DNA of 63,724 bases, counting the filler, from Octopus bimaculoides (Eukaryota): the NCBI RefSeq assembly GCF_001194135.2. It is 6 parts of 5 records of this genome, joined end to end, with 100 filler letters (N's around TTAATTAATTAA, not from the genome) between each part and the next. Parts side by side here need not be neighbours in the genome. Positions count along the whole stretch, not along the records: positions 1 to 28,164 come from NC_068996.1; positions 28,265 to 52,026 come from NC_068990.1; 4 more parts are not named here. One strand, 5' to 3'. The first letter of the stretch is position 1. The number at the start of each line of letters is the position of its first letter. Positions 25,261 to 39,030 of this stretch are shown one piece after another. The position numbers and the translations under genes were made by a program. The notes under the pieces are model-generated. The model was not told the origin of the DNA, did no database searches, and worked only from the letters and a program-made list of their open reading frames with translations.

Positions 25261-26205
25261 GTTACATTACCTGAGTAACCGGACTTTTTTTTTTTTTTGT
25301 TTCTCTTGAATAAGTAATAATGTCTGTCTATGAGTGAATAACAGTGTTTCTCGACCGTTTTTGTTTTTTTTTTGCATATGGGCCTCTTTGATTCCTATTT
25401 TAGTGAACTGGACTCCCATTACCATTTTATGTTTAAAACAATCCTATTATATTATCATAATTAAATATTATTAGAAATTGTATAAAAAAACAAAGAAAAC
25501 AAAAAAAATACTGCAATGTTTTTATATACTGTGGAAAAAATTATGGTAGATAAATTTTAATAATAAAATCTTNNNNNNNNNNNNNNNNNNNNNNNNNNNN
25601 NNNNNNNNNNNNNNNNNNNNNNNNNNNNNNNNNNNNNNNNNNNNNNNNNNNNNNNNNNNNNNNNNNNNNNNNNNNNNNNNNNNNNNNNNNNNNNNNNNNN
25701 NNNNNNNNNNNNNNNNNNNNNNNNNNNNNNNNNNNNNNNNNNNNNNNNNNNNNNNNNNNNNNNNNNNNNNNNNNNNNNNNNNNNNNNNNNNNNNNNNNNN
25801 NNNNNNNNNNNNNNNNNNNNNNNNNNNNNNNNNNNNNNNNNNNNNNNNNNNNNNNNNNNNNNNNNNNNNNNNNNNNNNNNNNNNNNNNNNNNNNNNNNNN
25901 NNNNNNNNNNNNNNNNNNNNNNNNNNNNNNNNNNNNNNNNNNNNNNNNNNNNNNNNNNNNNNNNNNNNNNNNNNNNNNNNNNNNNNNNNNNNNNNNNNNN
26001 NNNNNNNNNNNNNNNNNNNNNNNNNNNNNNNNNNNNNNNNNNNNNNNNNNNNNNNNNNNNNNNNNNNNNNNNNNNNNNNNNNNNNNNNNNNNNNNNNNNN
26101 NNNNNNNNNNNNNNNNNNNNNNNNNNNNNNNNNNNNNNNNNNNNNNNNNNNNNNNNNNNNNNNNNNNNNNNNNNNNNNNNNNNNNNNNNNNNNNNNNNNN
26201 NNNNT

Positions 26206-26245
26206 GAGTGGATTTGGTAGAGGGAAACTGAAAGAAACCCGTCGC

Positions 26246-26307
<62 letters not shown>

Positions 26308-26478
26308 TTGTCACCCCATGTAGGTGTGTTTACGTCCCCGTAACTTAGCGGTTCGGCAAAAAGACCGATAGAATAAGTATTAGGCTTACAAAGTATAAGT
26401 CCTGGGGTCGATTTTCTCGACTGAAGGCGGTGCACCAGCATGGCCGCAGTCAAATGACTGAGACAAGTAAAAGAATAA
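26206..26478 (+). mobile_element. SINE family A (5' end hidden in gap)
   Basis: tgagtggatttggtagagggaaactgaaagaaacccgtcg..gtccccgtaacttagcggttcggcaaaa..gactgagacaagtaaaagaat. Confidence 0.9.
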
Positions 26479-26858
26479 ATAGATATATATATATACATAT
26501 ATATATATACACACACACGTATATGTATATGTGCATATATATCTGTGTGTGTATTTATACACACACACACACAATCATACATATACATATACATATATAT
26601 ACATATATTAACTTGACACTGTCGTGTCCCCATAGTATGCGCATACATAAGCAGGCATGCAATCAAACAGTGGCATAATATAAACATATGTTTGTAAGTA
26701 ATTTCACAGAGTGCGTCGCCAATGAATTGTATATTGGCGAACATTATGTTCTTGCACATTATACAAATGCAACGAACTCGCACGTTTTCGTCTCGGCATC
26801 TTATACATGTGTGTGCGTAACATGTATAGTTCCGACCTCAGTTGTATGGAAACACGTA

Positions 26859-26904
<46 letters not shown>

Positions 26905-26926
26905 CCTACCTGTCTGTCTGTCTATG

Positions 26927-26986
<60 letters not shown>

Positions 26987-27329
26987 GCCATCTGTCTCTT
27001 CACCTACCTACCTACCTATCTATCTTTTTATCTGTTNNNNNNNNNNNNNNNNNNNNNNNNNNNNNNNNNNNNNNNNNNNNNNNNNNNNNNNNNNNNNNNN
27101 NNNNNNNNNNNNNNNNNNNNNNNNNNNNNNNNNNNNNNNNNNNNNNNNNNNNNNNNNNNNNNNNNNNNNNNNNNNNNNNNNNNNNNNNNNNNNNNNNNNN
27201 NNNNNNNNNNNNNNNNNNNNNNNNNNNNNNNNNNNNNNNNNNNNNNNNNNNNNNNNNNNNNNNNNNNNNNNNNNNNNNNNNNNNNNNNNNNNNNNNNNNN
27301 NNNNNNNNNNNNNNNNNNNNNNNNNNNNN

Positions 27330-27380
<51 letters not shown>

Positions 27381-27562
27381 CTTCAACGATATATATACAC
27401 ACACATGTGTATATAATTGAACATATATATATTTACATACACACATACATTCATATGTATTTATTATATGTGAGTGTATGTATGTGTTTACCAATGTATG
27501 TGTTGAGTAACTATGCATATGTATGTTCGTGTGTACATCCTGACGTAGAACCATATGTATAT

Positions 27563-28134
27563 CAGTGGTTCGCAACCTTTTTCCCGGTGGTTCCCAATCC
27601 TTTTATTTAAATGAGTTACCCCACGGATTCCTTTCAATAGGCTTATCTTTATGTGTATATAGGCGCAGGAGTGGCTGTGTGGTAAGTAGCTTGCTTACCA
27701 ACCACATGGTTCTGGGTTCAGTCCCACTGCGTGGCACCTTGAGTAAGTGTCTTCTACTATAGCCTCGGGCTGACCAAAGCCGCATGAGTGGATTTGGTAG
27801 ACGGAAACTGAAAGAAGCCCGTCGTCGTGTGTGTGTGTGTTTGTCCCTCCCCACCACCATCGCTTGACAACCGATGCCGGTGTGTTTACGTCCCCGAAGC
27901 CTAAAAATTTGGCGAAAGAGACCGATTGAATAAGGACCAAGCTTAATTACAAAGAGTAATTCCTGGGGTCAATTTGTTCGACTAAAGGCGCTGCTCCAGC
28001 ATGGCCACAGTCAAATAATGACTGAAACAAGTAAATGAATAAAAGAATATATATTTATCTATACATATGACATTTTGATTTTAGTTCACGGACCCCTAGT
28101 ACTACCTTTGCGGACCCCTGGTTGGGAACCACTG
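27563..28134. mobile_element. hAT-type MITE carrying a nested SINE
   Basis: TIRs CAGTGGTTCGCAACC (27563-27577) / GGTTGGGAACCACTG (28120-28134). The TSD is only weakly preserved (atgtatat vs gtgtgtgt). Confidence 0.7.
27662..28048 (+). mobile_element. tRNA-derived SINE family A, full length
   Basis: GGCGCAGGAGTGGCTGTGTGGTAAG (A-box-like), GGGTTCAGTCCC (B-box-like), central (GT)n, tail gactgaaacaagtaaatgaataaaagaat. Confidence 0.92.
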
Positions 28135-28208
28135 GTGTGTGTATATATATATATATATATATATNNNNNNNNNNNNNNNNNNNNNNNNNNNNNNNNNNNN
28201 NNNNNNNN

Positions 28209-28220
28209 TTAATTAATTAA
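28209..28220. other. Artificial scaffold-join linker TTAATTAATTAA inside N runs (also 52071-52082, 57077-57088, 58921-58932, 61530-61541)
   Basis: Identical 12-mer with stops in all six frames, each time embedded in ~44 N on both sides. Confidence 0.9.
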
Positions 28221-28263
28221 NNNNNNNNNNNNNNNNNNNNNNNNNNNNNNNNNNNNNNNNNNN

Positions 28264-28549
28264 NGTGTATGCGTTTATTTATGTGCGAGACTGTGGTTTT
28301 GTGTGCGTGTGTGAGAGCATGTGTGTGTGTGCATGTGATTGTGCATGTGTGCGCGTGTGAGTGTGTGTGCGTGGGTGTGTGTGTGTGTGTGCGTGTGTGA
28401 GTGTGTGCGTGTGATTGTGCGTGTGTGTGAGTGTGTGCGTGTGAGTGTGTGTTTGTGTGTGTGTGTGTGTATGTGTGTGAGAGCGTGTGTCTGTGTGTGT
28501 ATGTGTGTGTGTCTGTGTGTGTATGTGTGTGTGTTTGTATGTGTGTGTC

Positions 28550-28588
<39 letters not shown>

Positions 28589-28620
28589 CTTTGTCTGTGT
28601 CTGTGTCTGTGCATGTGTAT
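28264..28620. repeat. Degenerate (GT)n microsatellite block
   Basis: Directly visible. Confidence 0.95.
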
Positions 28621-29436
28621 GAGTATGCATTACAATATCCATTGATTTGGAGGCGGTTTTCAAAACTTCTGATCGTCTGCAAAACTTCTGATCGACTAAA
28701 TCTGAAAATAATCGACGTGCAAAAGAAAGAAGACGCTACACGCTTCACATACGTTAATCAATTGACTCTTTTCATTGTTGCACAGGATTAGATAAATATG
28801 TAACGCGTGTCCGATGGTTTTAAATAGGGATAACATTCTTCTTTTTTTACGTTCCAACTGTTCGTAATACTAAATAGGAGAAAAAGAAAACTATTGCAGT
28901 GTAATTGATACTATCATTCTTGATTTTAGTTATTTTTTTATTCCAGCTTTCACTCTGAATATGACAAAAAGACATAACTTTTAGTCTATTGTAGGAATAT
29001 AGTGAGTATTTTCATGATAATATGGCAACTACTCCACATAACCAGATATTGCCTTTATTTATGTATATGTACCGCTATATAGCAAGAATACGGTGTACAC
29101 GAATATGTGCGTATTTGTGCGCGCATATGTATGCGTGTATGTTTGAGAATGTACATGTATTGTGTATGTAAAGTTCAGTCTGCAACTGACAGCCGTGAAG
29201 AGTGAGAGGAATATTGTTGTGTCTCCAACGACATTAAGGGATTTTTTTTTTTATTCCATAAGTAAATGTATGGACAAGCACGTTGATTGTCTACTTCACT
29301 GCTCACACAAGTTGCAACAATTATATATATGCATATAAAAAATAGATATATACATGTATATACATACATATGTGTGTGTGTGTGTGCACGCGCATANNNN
29401 NNNNNNNNNNNNNNNNNNNNNNNNNNNNNNNNNNNN

Positions 29437-29474
<38 letters not shown>

Positions 29475-30654
29475 GCGCATGTAAATATATATATATGCAC
29501 ATATGCATATAAGATATATAAATTTATGTGTCTATATGTGTGTGTATCTGTGCATATGTAGGAGCGTGAGAAGACAGAATGTGGGGGAGTGACTGAGTAG
29601 GAGATTTGCGATTGGGAAATAAAGGGGGGATAAATTGAACTCTCATTTTATGTTTTACTTCATCTCTCTAAATAGTATTTTTTCGTCACTCTTGAATACT
29701 TGAATCGTATTCGGCTAGAATTTGCTATCATTACCATACACTTAAAGCTGTGTACGTGTGTTCAACTATGTGTATGCCGTTCAACTATGTGTATGCGTAT
29801 ATAATGTAGACGTGATTTCTCACTAGTACTACATCTACCTATTTCATGCGCTCCGCCGTCATTAACTGCATCCACTCCGCCACTCTCATTACTATATCTA
29901 CTATCCTTGCCACCATCAATATATCAAAAAGTCACCATCATCGCTACCTTCGTCAGAATCTTCACCACTACAACCACTTTATCCATCACGATGGCCATAA
30001 TTTCAACCACTCAGTCCTCATCTTTACATCCACTGTACTAACCCTATAACTAACCACCACCACCACCACCACCACCAAATCCACCTTCTACTACTTCTAC
30101 TACTACTACTACTACCACCACCACCACCAGTACCACCACCACCACTACCACTACTACTACTACTACAACTGCTACTACTACTACCACCACCAACAGCAGC
30201 AGCACCACCACCACCAGCAGCAGCACCACCACCACCACCACTACTACTACTACTACACAACTGCCGGGGCTATCGCCCAAACTGTCGTTCGCAACATTAT
30301 CAGTCATAACATGAACCACAATAACTCTTATTATCTCCAATAATATCAAGACCATTAACATTATCTGCACACTATCACCCATTTTAATATTCATATACCG
30401 AATGCACTCCGACTACGACTGACAGTCAAATCACTGGCCGCGCCATAGTGGTACCAATCATCAGCAGAACATTTACTGAATTACTTCTTTTAATAGCACT
30501 GACTCAATTTTAAGGTTTATACATCACCACCACCACCACCACCACCATTTCTTCGGCCCTTAGGTGGCCTTCAGCAGCACATATGTAGCAGCTCAACCTT
30601 CTCCTCCGTAAACTCGGCTAGCAAAAATAAGACAATACTAAATTGCTTAAAATT

Positions 30655-30855
30655 TTGGCACAAGGCCAGCAGCTTTAAGGGGAGGAAGTAGTCGATTACA
30701 TCGATTTCAGTGCTCAGCTAGTACTTATTTTATCGAAGGATGAAAGATAAAGTTGACCATCGCGGTATTTGAACTCAGAACGTAAAAAGTTGGAAGAAAT
30801 GCGGCTAAGTATTTTCTCTGAGACGCCAACGATTCTAACAGCACGCCACCTTCAC
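30655..30855 (-). mobile_element. SINE family B
   Basis: Reverse complement similarity to 48878-49093 (gtcgattacatcga..tttgaactcagaacgta..aacgattcta.cagc.cgcc.cctt). Confidence 0.8.
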
Positions 30856-30962
30856 AACATTAATAATAATTCTTTCTACTATTAGCACATAGCCGGGAAA
30901 TGTGTTATGGGGAGGGTAAGTTGATTACATCAACTCCATTGCGCATGTGATACTTGTTTCGC

Positions 30963-31013
<51 letters not shown>

Positions 31014-32983
31014 CTTTGTATTTCTTCGAGCACTTGTAAACAACTGCTCGATGATGTGCAAAAATAAAATGACCATTAATGAAGGGACTTAGAAAACTCG
31101 TAGATTTGGACAAAGAATATTATACAAATATGATGGGTGTGATAAAAGAATTTTACACCTACAATGAGGATAAATTAAAAAATTATAAAATAAATGGTTA
31201 AGCAGAAATAAATTAAAAGGGTAATAAGACAGACATTAATTGAAGCAAAATATAAAAGAGTGAAAAAGCTTTTGTTATATTCTACTCTCGGGGAAGAAAC
31301 CACCGGCTAGTTTAGGTCAGAGCAACAGCCATCATTACACACCCACCATTTCATATACTGCTGTCTGTGCACTCAAAAGGGTGCTTTAACATTTTTTTGA
31401 GTTGGTTGGGGTAGAAAACAAGCTATGTCATCTAGGTATGTCTACTTCGTTTTATTGTAATATTTTTTGTAATACTTTTACAAAGAATCTGTCAGTGCAT
31501 AACTTTTGTATTCCAACCCTGATTACCCACTTCACAGATACGTGAATTTGCCTTTTGGAAGTTGGTTTAATCTTCGAAAGACGTCATTGTTGTTTTGATG
31601 GGGTTGTTTCTCCTTACCACTTTTTGTCTTCTCTTGCTGTTCATTGCCCTTTTTTTTTTATAACTTATTAACCATCATTTTTTCTGTTTATATTTCCTTT
31701 AACACATTGGATATTTCCCAATGCTACTATTATCTCTCTTGGTCACATGACGAAGGAGTGATGCTACTGGTTAGTACCGTTATCGGGTGGTATGTGTGCT
31801 CGCTTGTTTCCATGACAGAGCTTCAAATAGCCACCTCCACCATTCGAGCAAACTGTAACCGTTTGTTCTCTGGAAACTGAGGTTTGCTGCTAAGTAATCT
31901 CCGCTGTTTTCCTACCGTGTTTTCTTTCCTAAGCTTTTCAGTTCCTCGGGAAAAAATGCTTTCATGTATTTACTAATACTACACAAGTAACAACAAGGCC
32001 TTTGACTTTGCAACATCGGTTTCTTACCCTTTGTGTTACTTCTCTGGCCTGGTTACAGATTTAGTTTGGCCTTGTGACTTTTGAGAATTATAGGACTTGC
32101 AGATCCATTTTTATTCCACCCTAATCAATTGTCACGTTCATTATTCCTATTTCAGCTACCCACCCACACTGAAATACAAAAGTGATGGCTGCCTAGTACC
32201 GGTCTTCGTTGCTATGAATGCCTTTAATCGCCACTCTTGTAATTCTCTGCTCTATATATCGGAACATAAATGCTGTAGTAAATCTATTTCAGTAGAGTTT
32301 TGATTGTATCTTCGGACTTGAAGTAGCAACAGATGATAATAGAACGTTTCCCTTTCGTTTAAAATAATTTCTCCCAATATTTCACGCGGTGCATCTTGTA
32401 ACTGTTGTTTCGGTGATAATTGGAAACCGTTCTCATCGTTATAAAAACATAGATACAGTATTATTTCTATGCTCTCTCTCTCTCTCTTAGATTAAATCTT
32501 ATAACAAAGAGACGTTGAGTGGTTTTATAAAATTATTTCAATTATCTCGTTATTCTGAGAGTTGTGTTAAACCAAAAATTCTGTTTATGTCAAAGCAAAT
32601 GCAAAACTAGCGTCACCAACATTACTGTCTCTGCGCAAGTGTGCTTGTTGGTGTTATTGCTAACGTTCAAAATACTTGTCAAGGTGTTAAAAATATTTTT
32701 TCTACTGTTAATTGCTCATTAAAAGGTCATTAACGTCTTTTTATACAATCTCTGATGTAATTCGTTTTTGCATTTTTTTTTTTTGCTTTCTATAGTGGGC
32801 GTATTTGGGAGATACTTTGAACAAGAATAGTTGTTATAATGTGAAAGCTGATAAAATAATGTGCTTAAAACAAAATTTATTGAGTAAACCGAGGGGTTGG
32901 GGACAGACTGTAACTTGATAACTATATATGGGTGTATGATTGTATAATAGACATACATCTTTCTTTCTCTCTTTGTATATATA

Positions 32984-33020
<37 letters not shown>

Positions 33021-34347
33021 GTGTGTGTGTGTGTGTGTATATAATATAATATATATATTATATATATATTATATACACACACACATATATGTATATAAGT
33101 ATACATATATGTATATTTATATATGTATACATGTATGTATACACACAAAAACACACACATATGTATATATATANNNNNNNNNNNNNNNNNNNNNNNNNNN
33201 NNNNNNNNNNNNNNNNNNNNNNNNNNNNNNNNNNNNNNNNNNNNNNNNNNNNNNNNNNNNNNNNNNNNNNNNNNNNNNNNNNNNNNNNNNNNNNNNNNNN
33301 NNNNNNNNNNNNNNNNNNNNNNNNNNNNNNNNNNNNNNNNNNNNNNNNNNNNNNNNNNNNNNNNNNNNNNNNNNNNNNNNNNNNNNNNNNNNNNNNNNNN
33401 NNNNNNNNNNNNNNNNNNNNNNNNNNNNNNNNNNNNNNNNNNNNNNNNNNNNNNNNNNNNNNNNNNNNATATATATATATATACTCGTAACTTAACGATT
33501 CGGCGAAAGAGTCCAATAAAAGTATCAAGCTTAAAAAATAAGTACGTTGGTACGTGCTTGTACGTTGGTACGTTGGTACGCACTCGTCTCCTTTTTGTTC
33601 GGCGTTGTAACGATTCTACCAGCTTGCCACTTTAACTTGCCTGGATATTATTAAAGAAATATATTAGGATGATGTTCCAATATGCCGATGCTTTAACGTG
33701 GCCTTGTCAGTGATGGCTAAAAGGAGTTAAAAATCTAGAGTAATGAATGATTAGATTGAAGAAATGAGGCACCACAAAATAGAAAGAACGAATTTTAATA
33801 TACATCGTAAAGTCTTCTTACTGATGACTTTTTATTAGCAGCCGTTGTACTAGAGCCTTGTTGTCACCCAATGGCTGGTACTAGTAAAATAATAAAAAAT
33901 GAAATGGTGAAACGGAAAATGACATAATGAAGAAATTCACTAACACAAAGTTAACAAGAAAGAAAGCAAGATAAAATTCTTAAAAAGAATGGGAAGAAAG
34001 CTAGAAAGAAAGAACGAAGAAAAAGAAAGAATAGGAAACAATGGTGCGTTAAAGAAAGAGTACAGGGGAAACGATTTTTTTAAAAATTATGCAAAGACAA
34101 AGAAAAACAGAAAAATTAAAACAACTGACCATTCCTTCCGGTTCTATTCACTGATTATCTCTTCTTAATATTTAATCAATCAGTTTGAAAAATTACAATT
34201 TCATTCCGTATTTTAACAATTTTAGTGAAGGAATTGGAAGAAGTTACATTTGGTGATAAAAACATCTGTGTATTCACCATTTCAAATTAGTATTATTATC
34301 CGGCTTTTATGTTGAAAAATTCTATTTCAGGTTGGCTGTGTAGTAAC

Positions 34348-34349
<2 letters not shown>

Positions 34350-34378
<29 letters not shown>

Positions 34379-34495
34379 CTTCTTCTTCTTCTTCTTCTTC
34401 TTCTTCTTCTTCTTCTTCTTCTTCTTCTTCTTCTTCTTCTTCTTCTTCTTCTTCTTCTTCTTCTTCTTCTTCTTCTTCTTCTTCTTCTTCTTCCT
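34350..34495. repeat. Pure (TTC)n microsatellite
   Basis: Directly visible, roughly 48 units. Confidence 0.97.
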
Positions 34496-36180
34496 GTAGC
34501 TTTCCATACTACAATCGTTACCTCAAGCCTCAGCCACTTTTACCTGTCCTTCATCCCCACAATTTGACTCTTTACTCAGAATGTAAAGACGGATGAAATG
34601 CCGCTAAGCATTTCGTCCGGCGTGCTAACGATTCTGCCAGCTGTCTCCCTTATTCTGGTGAGTAATATCAAAAGAGCAAGTAAGCCGTTGAGCTATCAGA
34701 ATCGTTTCCACGCTGGGCAAAAATGCATAGCAGCATTTCTTCCCATTTTTACATTCTCAGTTCAAATGTCGACGGAGTAGACTTTGCATTCCTCCTTTCC
34801 GGGTCGATAAAATAAGTATCAGTTGGGTTTGGCGAGTATATGAGCTGCATTTCATACGCAACATTGTTTGCTATTGTCAGAATATTTCCCCCTGAATTGA
34901 CCTGATGTGTTTTCGCATTTGGTGCAGATCTATAAATTGTAGAGTAATTGTTGAGTGGAGAATGTCTATACTGCAGGACTTTTGCCAAGTATATGAAATG
35001 TGGAGTTACATGCAAATCACACTACAATTGTTGTGGTTTATTTTGCCACAAAAACAACCTTAACGGAACCTTTTTATTTGAGGAACAGTGTATTGAATGA
35101 GTAAAAACAAAGAGAAACAGGTAACAATTGTCTTAGAAAGAAAACGAAATAACAGAGATGTTAAATCTCTGAACGAGGTATTAACAGTAACTGCACGATA
35201 AAGTGAAGTATATTTGCCATTTAGATTTTAACAATATTGTGATTTTGAGTTGAAGTGTTATAATTTACCATTAGAAAGTCATGAACGTCACAATATCCTA
35301 TCTTCTGAAACTAGAAATATCAAATGTCGTGACTACCTAGAAAGCATTATTAAATGCGTCTAATCTTAAAGTCAATATTGACTATTGTAGATAGAGTAAA
35401 AATAAAAACAAACACAATATGTAGTGAATATGAAAGTTTTAATATTCTCTCCACACTGAATATGGATGAATTTTTCAGTTTAAGAGCTGGAAAGCATCCG
35501 GTGAGCAAATTAAAAGAGGAAACCAAGAAAGCGAAAACTTGAAAATGGAAGTGCGAGGAGAATCTGGGGAGGAGAAACAGAAAAAAATAGAAATATTAAT
35601 AGAACTGGCGAAATTGTTAAAAAGGAAGAAAATATGATACATACGTTCTATACGTGAATGCCTGTCTAGGTGTGTGCATGTAAGTACGCATGTTTGTTGA
35701 ACATTATTGTCAGTTTTGATGATAGAAAACTAATAACGAATATCGAGTCTTTCAACCGCTTTACGCCATAACAACCTCAACTCTTATTTTATTGCATCTC
35801 ATTTAAGATTTTTTAAAAGCAGAATACAGACAACATATCATGCCGAACTACATTCTCTATTACAGTCTTCCCTTACACTTTACTGAAACTGTTCTTGCAT
35901 ATTTCATGAGAACTCATTGAATATTTTTAGCACAAACCTTTATTTAATACACTCAGAATACTGTTTCATTTTTCATGACTATGAACTTCAAGATGGTTGG
36001 ATAAAAAGCAATAGCAGCTAAATTTTTCAAGTCGCTTACTAAAATGAAAATATATAAATTAGCCTTAAAGTTGATATGGATATAATACATTTATAAAATC
36101 TGGTATTTTATAATTAAAATAACGCAGGTTTTACATTTTTAGGTATTTCTATCGAGCATAAGGAAAGATGAACCTGTTCT

Positions 36181-36436
36181 TAATGAAATGTCGATGCAAT
36201 ATAAAGGACATAATGGAAATTAATATGCACAAGTGAAATTTTGCAGCACCACTACATCGCATATGAAAAAGGACAGCGCTTAAATGGCAGCCATTTTCGG
36301 CTTCATACACCCTTGCTCTTTCGCAAACTTCCAACATAAGACCTGATGAGTTTCAGACCCCACTTTTCTGATTTCTCTATTGATGTCCTCCTTCAGTCGC
36401 ACCAGGGTCTCCGGTTTCTTGACGTAAATATTCTCT
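36181..36436 (-). mobile_element. 3' end of a maT/rosa-type (Tc1/mariner superfamily) transposase, inverted copy
   Basis: Minus translation ..YVKKPETLVRLKEDINREIRKVGSE..ERARVYEAENGCHLSAVLFHM; reverse complement of 36609-36850. Confidence 0.7.
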
Positions 36437-36544
36437 GGGCTGGTCAAGATATTCTCTGATCAAAATACTGCCGTGACAACTGCATTGTTTCTCCTACAGT
36501 ATGAGCGGTTGCCCCATCTTGCTAGAACCATGTGTGGGGTCTAT

Positions 36545-36927
36545 TTTGAATGATCTTCGCGTTCTCCAGACTTTACTAGCCGGAATTTTTCTTGTTGCGA
36601 TACCTGAAAGAGAAGGTTTACGTCAACCTGGAGACCCCAGTGCAACTGAAGAACATCATTAGAGAAATCAGAGAAGTGGGGTCTGAAACTCTTGAGGGTG
36701 TTATGGTAGAAACTTTGGAAAGAGCACGGGTGTGCGAAGCTGAAAATGGCTGCCATTTAAGCGATATCATTTTTCATATGTGATGTAGTGGTGTTGCATA
36801 ATTTAACTTGTGCTTATTAATTTCCATTACGTTCTTTATATTGTATCAAAATTTTATGCATTTATTTGTAAAGTTACAGAAGTTATAAAAAATTGAAACC
36901 CGTCAGTGACTTTTGGGACATTTTGTG
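36545..36927 (+). mobile_element. 3' end and TIR of a maT/rosa-type (Tc1/mariner superfamily) transposon
   Basis: RSPDFTS..LRYLKEKVYVN..LKNIIREIREVG..ERARVCEAENGCHLSDIIFHM* resembles the SPDL..W..LK.KVY motif. It ends in gacttttgggacattttgtg, like a CAGGGTGTCCCAAAA-type TIR. Confidence 0.7.
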
Positions 36928-37648
36928 TGTGTGTATGTATATATATATATATATNNNNNNNNNNNNNNNNNNNNNNNNNNNNNNNNNNNNNNNNNNNNNN
37001 NNNNNNNNNNNNNNNNNNNNNNNNNNNNNNNNNNNNNNNNNNNNNNNNNNNNNNNNNNNNNNNNNNNNNNNNNNNNNNNNNNNNNNNNNNNNNNNNNNNN
37101 NNNNNNNNNNNNNNNNNNNNNNNNNNNNNNNNNNNNNNNNNNNNNNNNNNNNNNNNNNNNNNNNNNNNNNNNNNNNNNTATATATATATATATATATGTT
37201 GTTACATCTGTGTTTGTACGACTGGGTAATGGCTAACTATGTACGACTAGACAATCTTTCACCCTTGTCGAAAAATCACTCGTACACTTGTGTGCAACTC
37301 ATACATTCCTGTCCATACACTGTCGGCAAATTTGCGTAGTCCTCTGAGCAGGTATTTCCATGACAACTTGCTCTGTCAAGGTCAACGATATCTTGTACAC
37401 CTGAAAACCGAGTGTCTGTTTTGGTCAGCTAAAAGCAGTTTTGGCACACGCTACACACCTTTCCAAGCACTGCTCTAAACAGCAGAAGTGAGCTAGAACA
37501 TTAAAACTTAGAGCGCATGCACAGCAGAGTACACGATCAATCTGTGCCGAGTGGCTTTACGCCTCATGCTTTAGTTTAATTACTATGGCAACAGTCCGGA
37601 TATTTATTGATCAGACCTTGTACATACGCACATATATACACGATTGTA

Positions 37649-37690
<42 letters not shown>

Positions 37691-38030
37691 NNNNNNNNNN
37701 NNNNNNNNNNNNNNNNNNNNNNNNNNNNNNNNNNNNNNNNNNNNNNNNNNNNNNNNNNNNNNNNNNNNNNNNNNNNNNNNNNNNNNNNNNNNNNNNNNNN
37801 NNNNNNNNNNNNNNNNNNNNNNNNNNNNNNNNNNNNNNNNNNNNNNNNNNNNNNNNNNNNNNNNNNNNNNNNNNNNNNNNNNNNNNNNNNNNNNNNNNNN
37901 NNNNNNNNNNNNNNNNNNNNNNNNNNNNNNNNNNNNNNNNNNNNNNNNNNNNNNNNNNNNNNNNNNNNNNNNNNNNNNNNNNNNNNNNNNNNNNNNNNNN
38001 NNNNNNNNNNNNNNNNNNNNNNNNNNNNNN

Positions 38031-38085
<55 letters not shown>

Positions 38086-38877
38086 GGTAGAGTGAGGTTA
38101 ACTAACTTCACATATGCACTCGTACACGTTTTTGAAAATAGCTTTCGTATTTAATCACCATATGTCTGCATTTAAAATAGTTTATCAGTGGATGAAGACA
38201 AGATATTCTGTCAGCTAAAAGAAAGCAGGAATTGTAGTGAATTCCCATTCAGTGTCTACAAATGTCCCGTGCTCATCGCCATTTTGAAAGCAGATCATGA
38301 TTAATTTCATCCTCTATTGTACAGCAGCGATGTCGCGCGATAGGCTTCCTCACTTCTTCTAGCTACCATGAAGCAAGCATGTGAAGTATTGCTATCTAAC
38401 CATCATCCTGCTCGTGACCATGCATACACTGATCAAATATAAAGCGCTTTAGGTAGAATTATTGCCAAACGTTTGCTCGTGCTCAGACATTAGAATTATT
38501 GTGATTATTTGTTGGAGCATAATGAGAAAGAGGAGAGAATGACAGAAATACAAAAAGTAGAAAAGGAGAGAAGAGATACTCGGTCAATGCAACGTGAGAC
38601 AGTCTCTGCAAAGAAAAGAAAGACAACAGTTAATTAAGAATAGATTCATTTGTTATCTTTTATTAAATTAACAATTCCTTCGTACAATCTCCTTCAATTA
38701 TCATTTCTTTCCACAAACAGATAAGAAATATGTTTTTTGCCATTTGTTGTGTTTTGCGTTTGTGTTTTTTTTTATCTATCGAAGCAATATCATCATTCTT
38801 ATAATTTTTATCAGTTCATCCATTAAATCGTATATTTAAAACATATTTCACTGGGTCAAATAATGGGCTCAAAATAT

Positions 38878-39030
38878 TACACGAGGCCAGCAATTTTGGA
38901 GGAGCGGGTAAGTCGATTACATCAATTCCAGTACTTGACTGGGACTTATTTTATCGAACCCCGAAAGGATGAGAAACAAAGTCGACCTCAGCTGAATTTG
39001 AACTCGGAAGGTAAAGACGGACGAAATGCT
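38878..39030 (-). mobile_element. SINE family B, partial
   Basis: gtcgattacatc..ccagtact.gactgg.acttattttatcga.cccgaaaggatga..aaagtcgacctc. Confidence 0.75.

Noticed and set aside
24426-25278. Long F/L/S/I-rich ORFs (203, 217, 142 aa)
   Set aside because: Translations of (TTC)n and (CAT)n low-complexity DNA.
31280-32300. Possible decayed minus-strand LINE (YLDDIA-like motif near 31420-31440)
   Set aside because: A single short motif with no co-linear supporting RT motifs that I could read.
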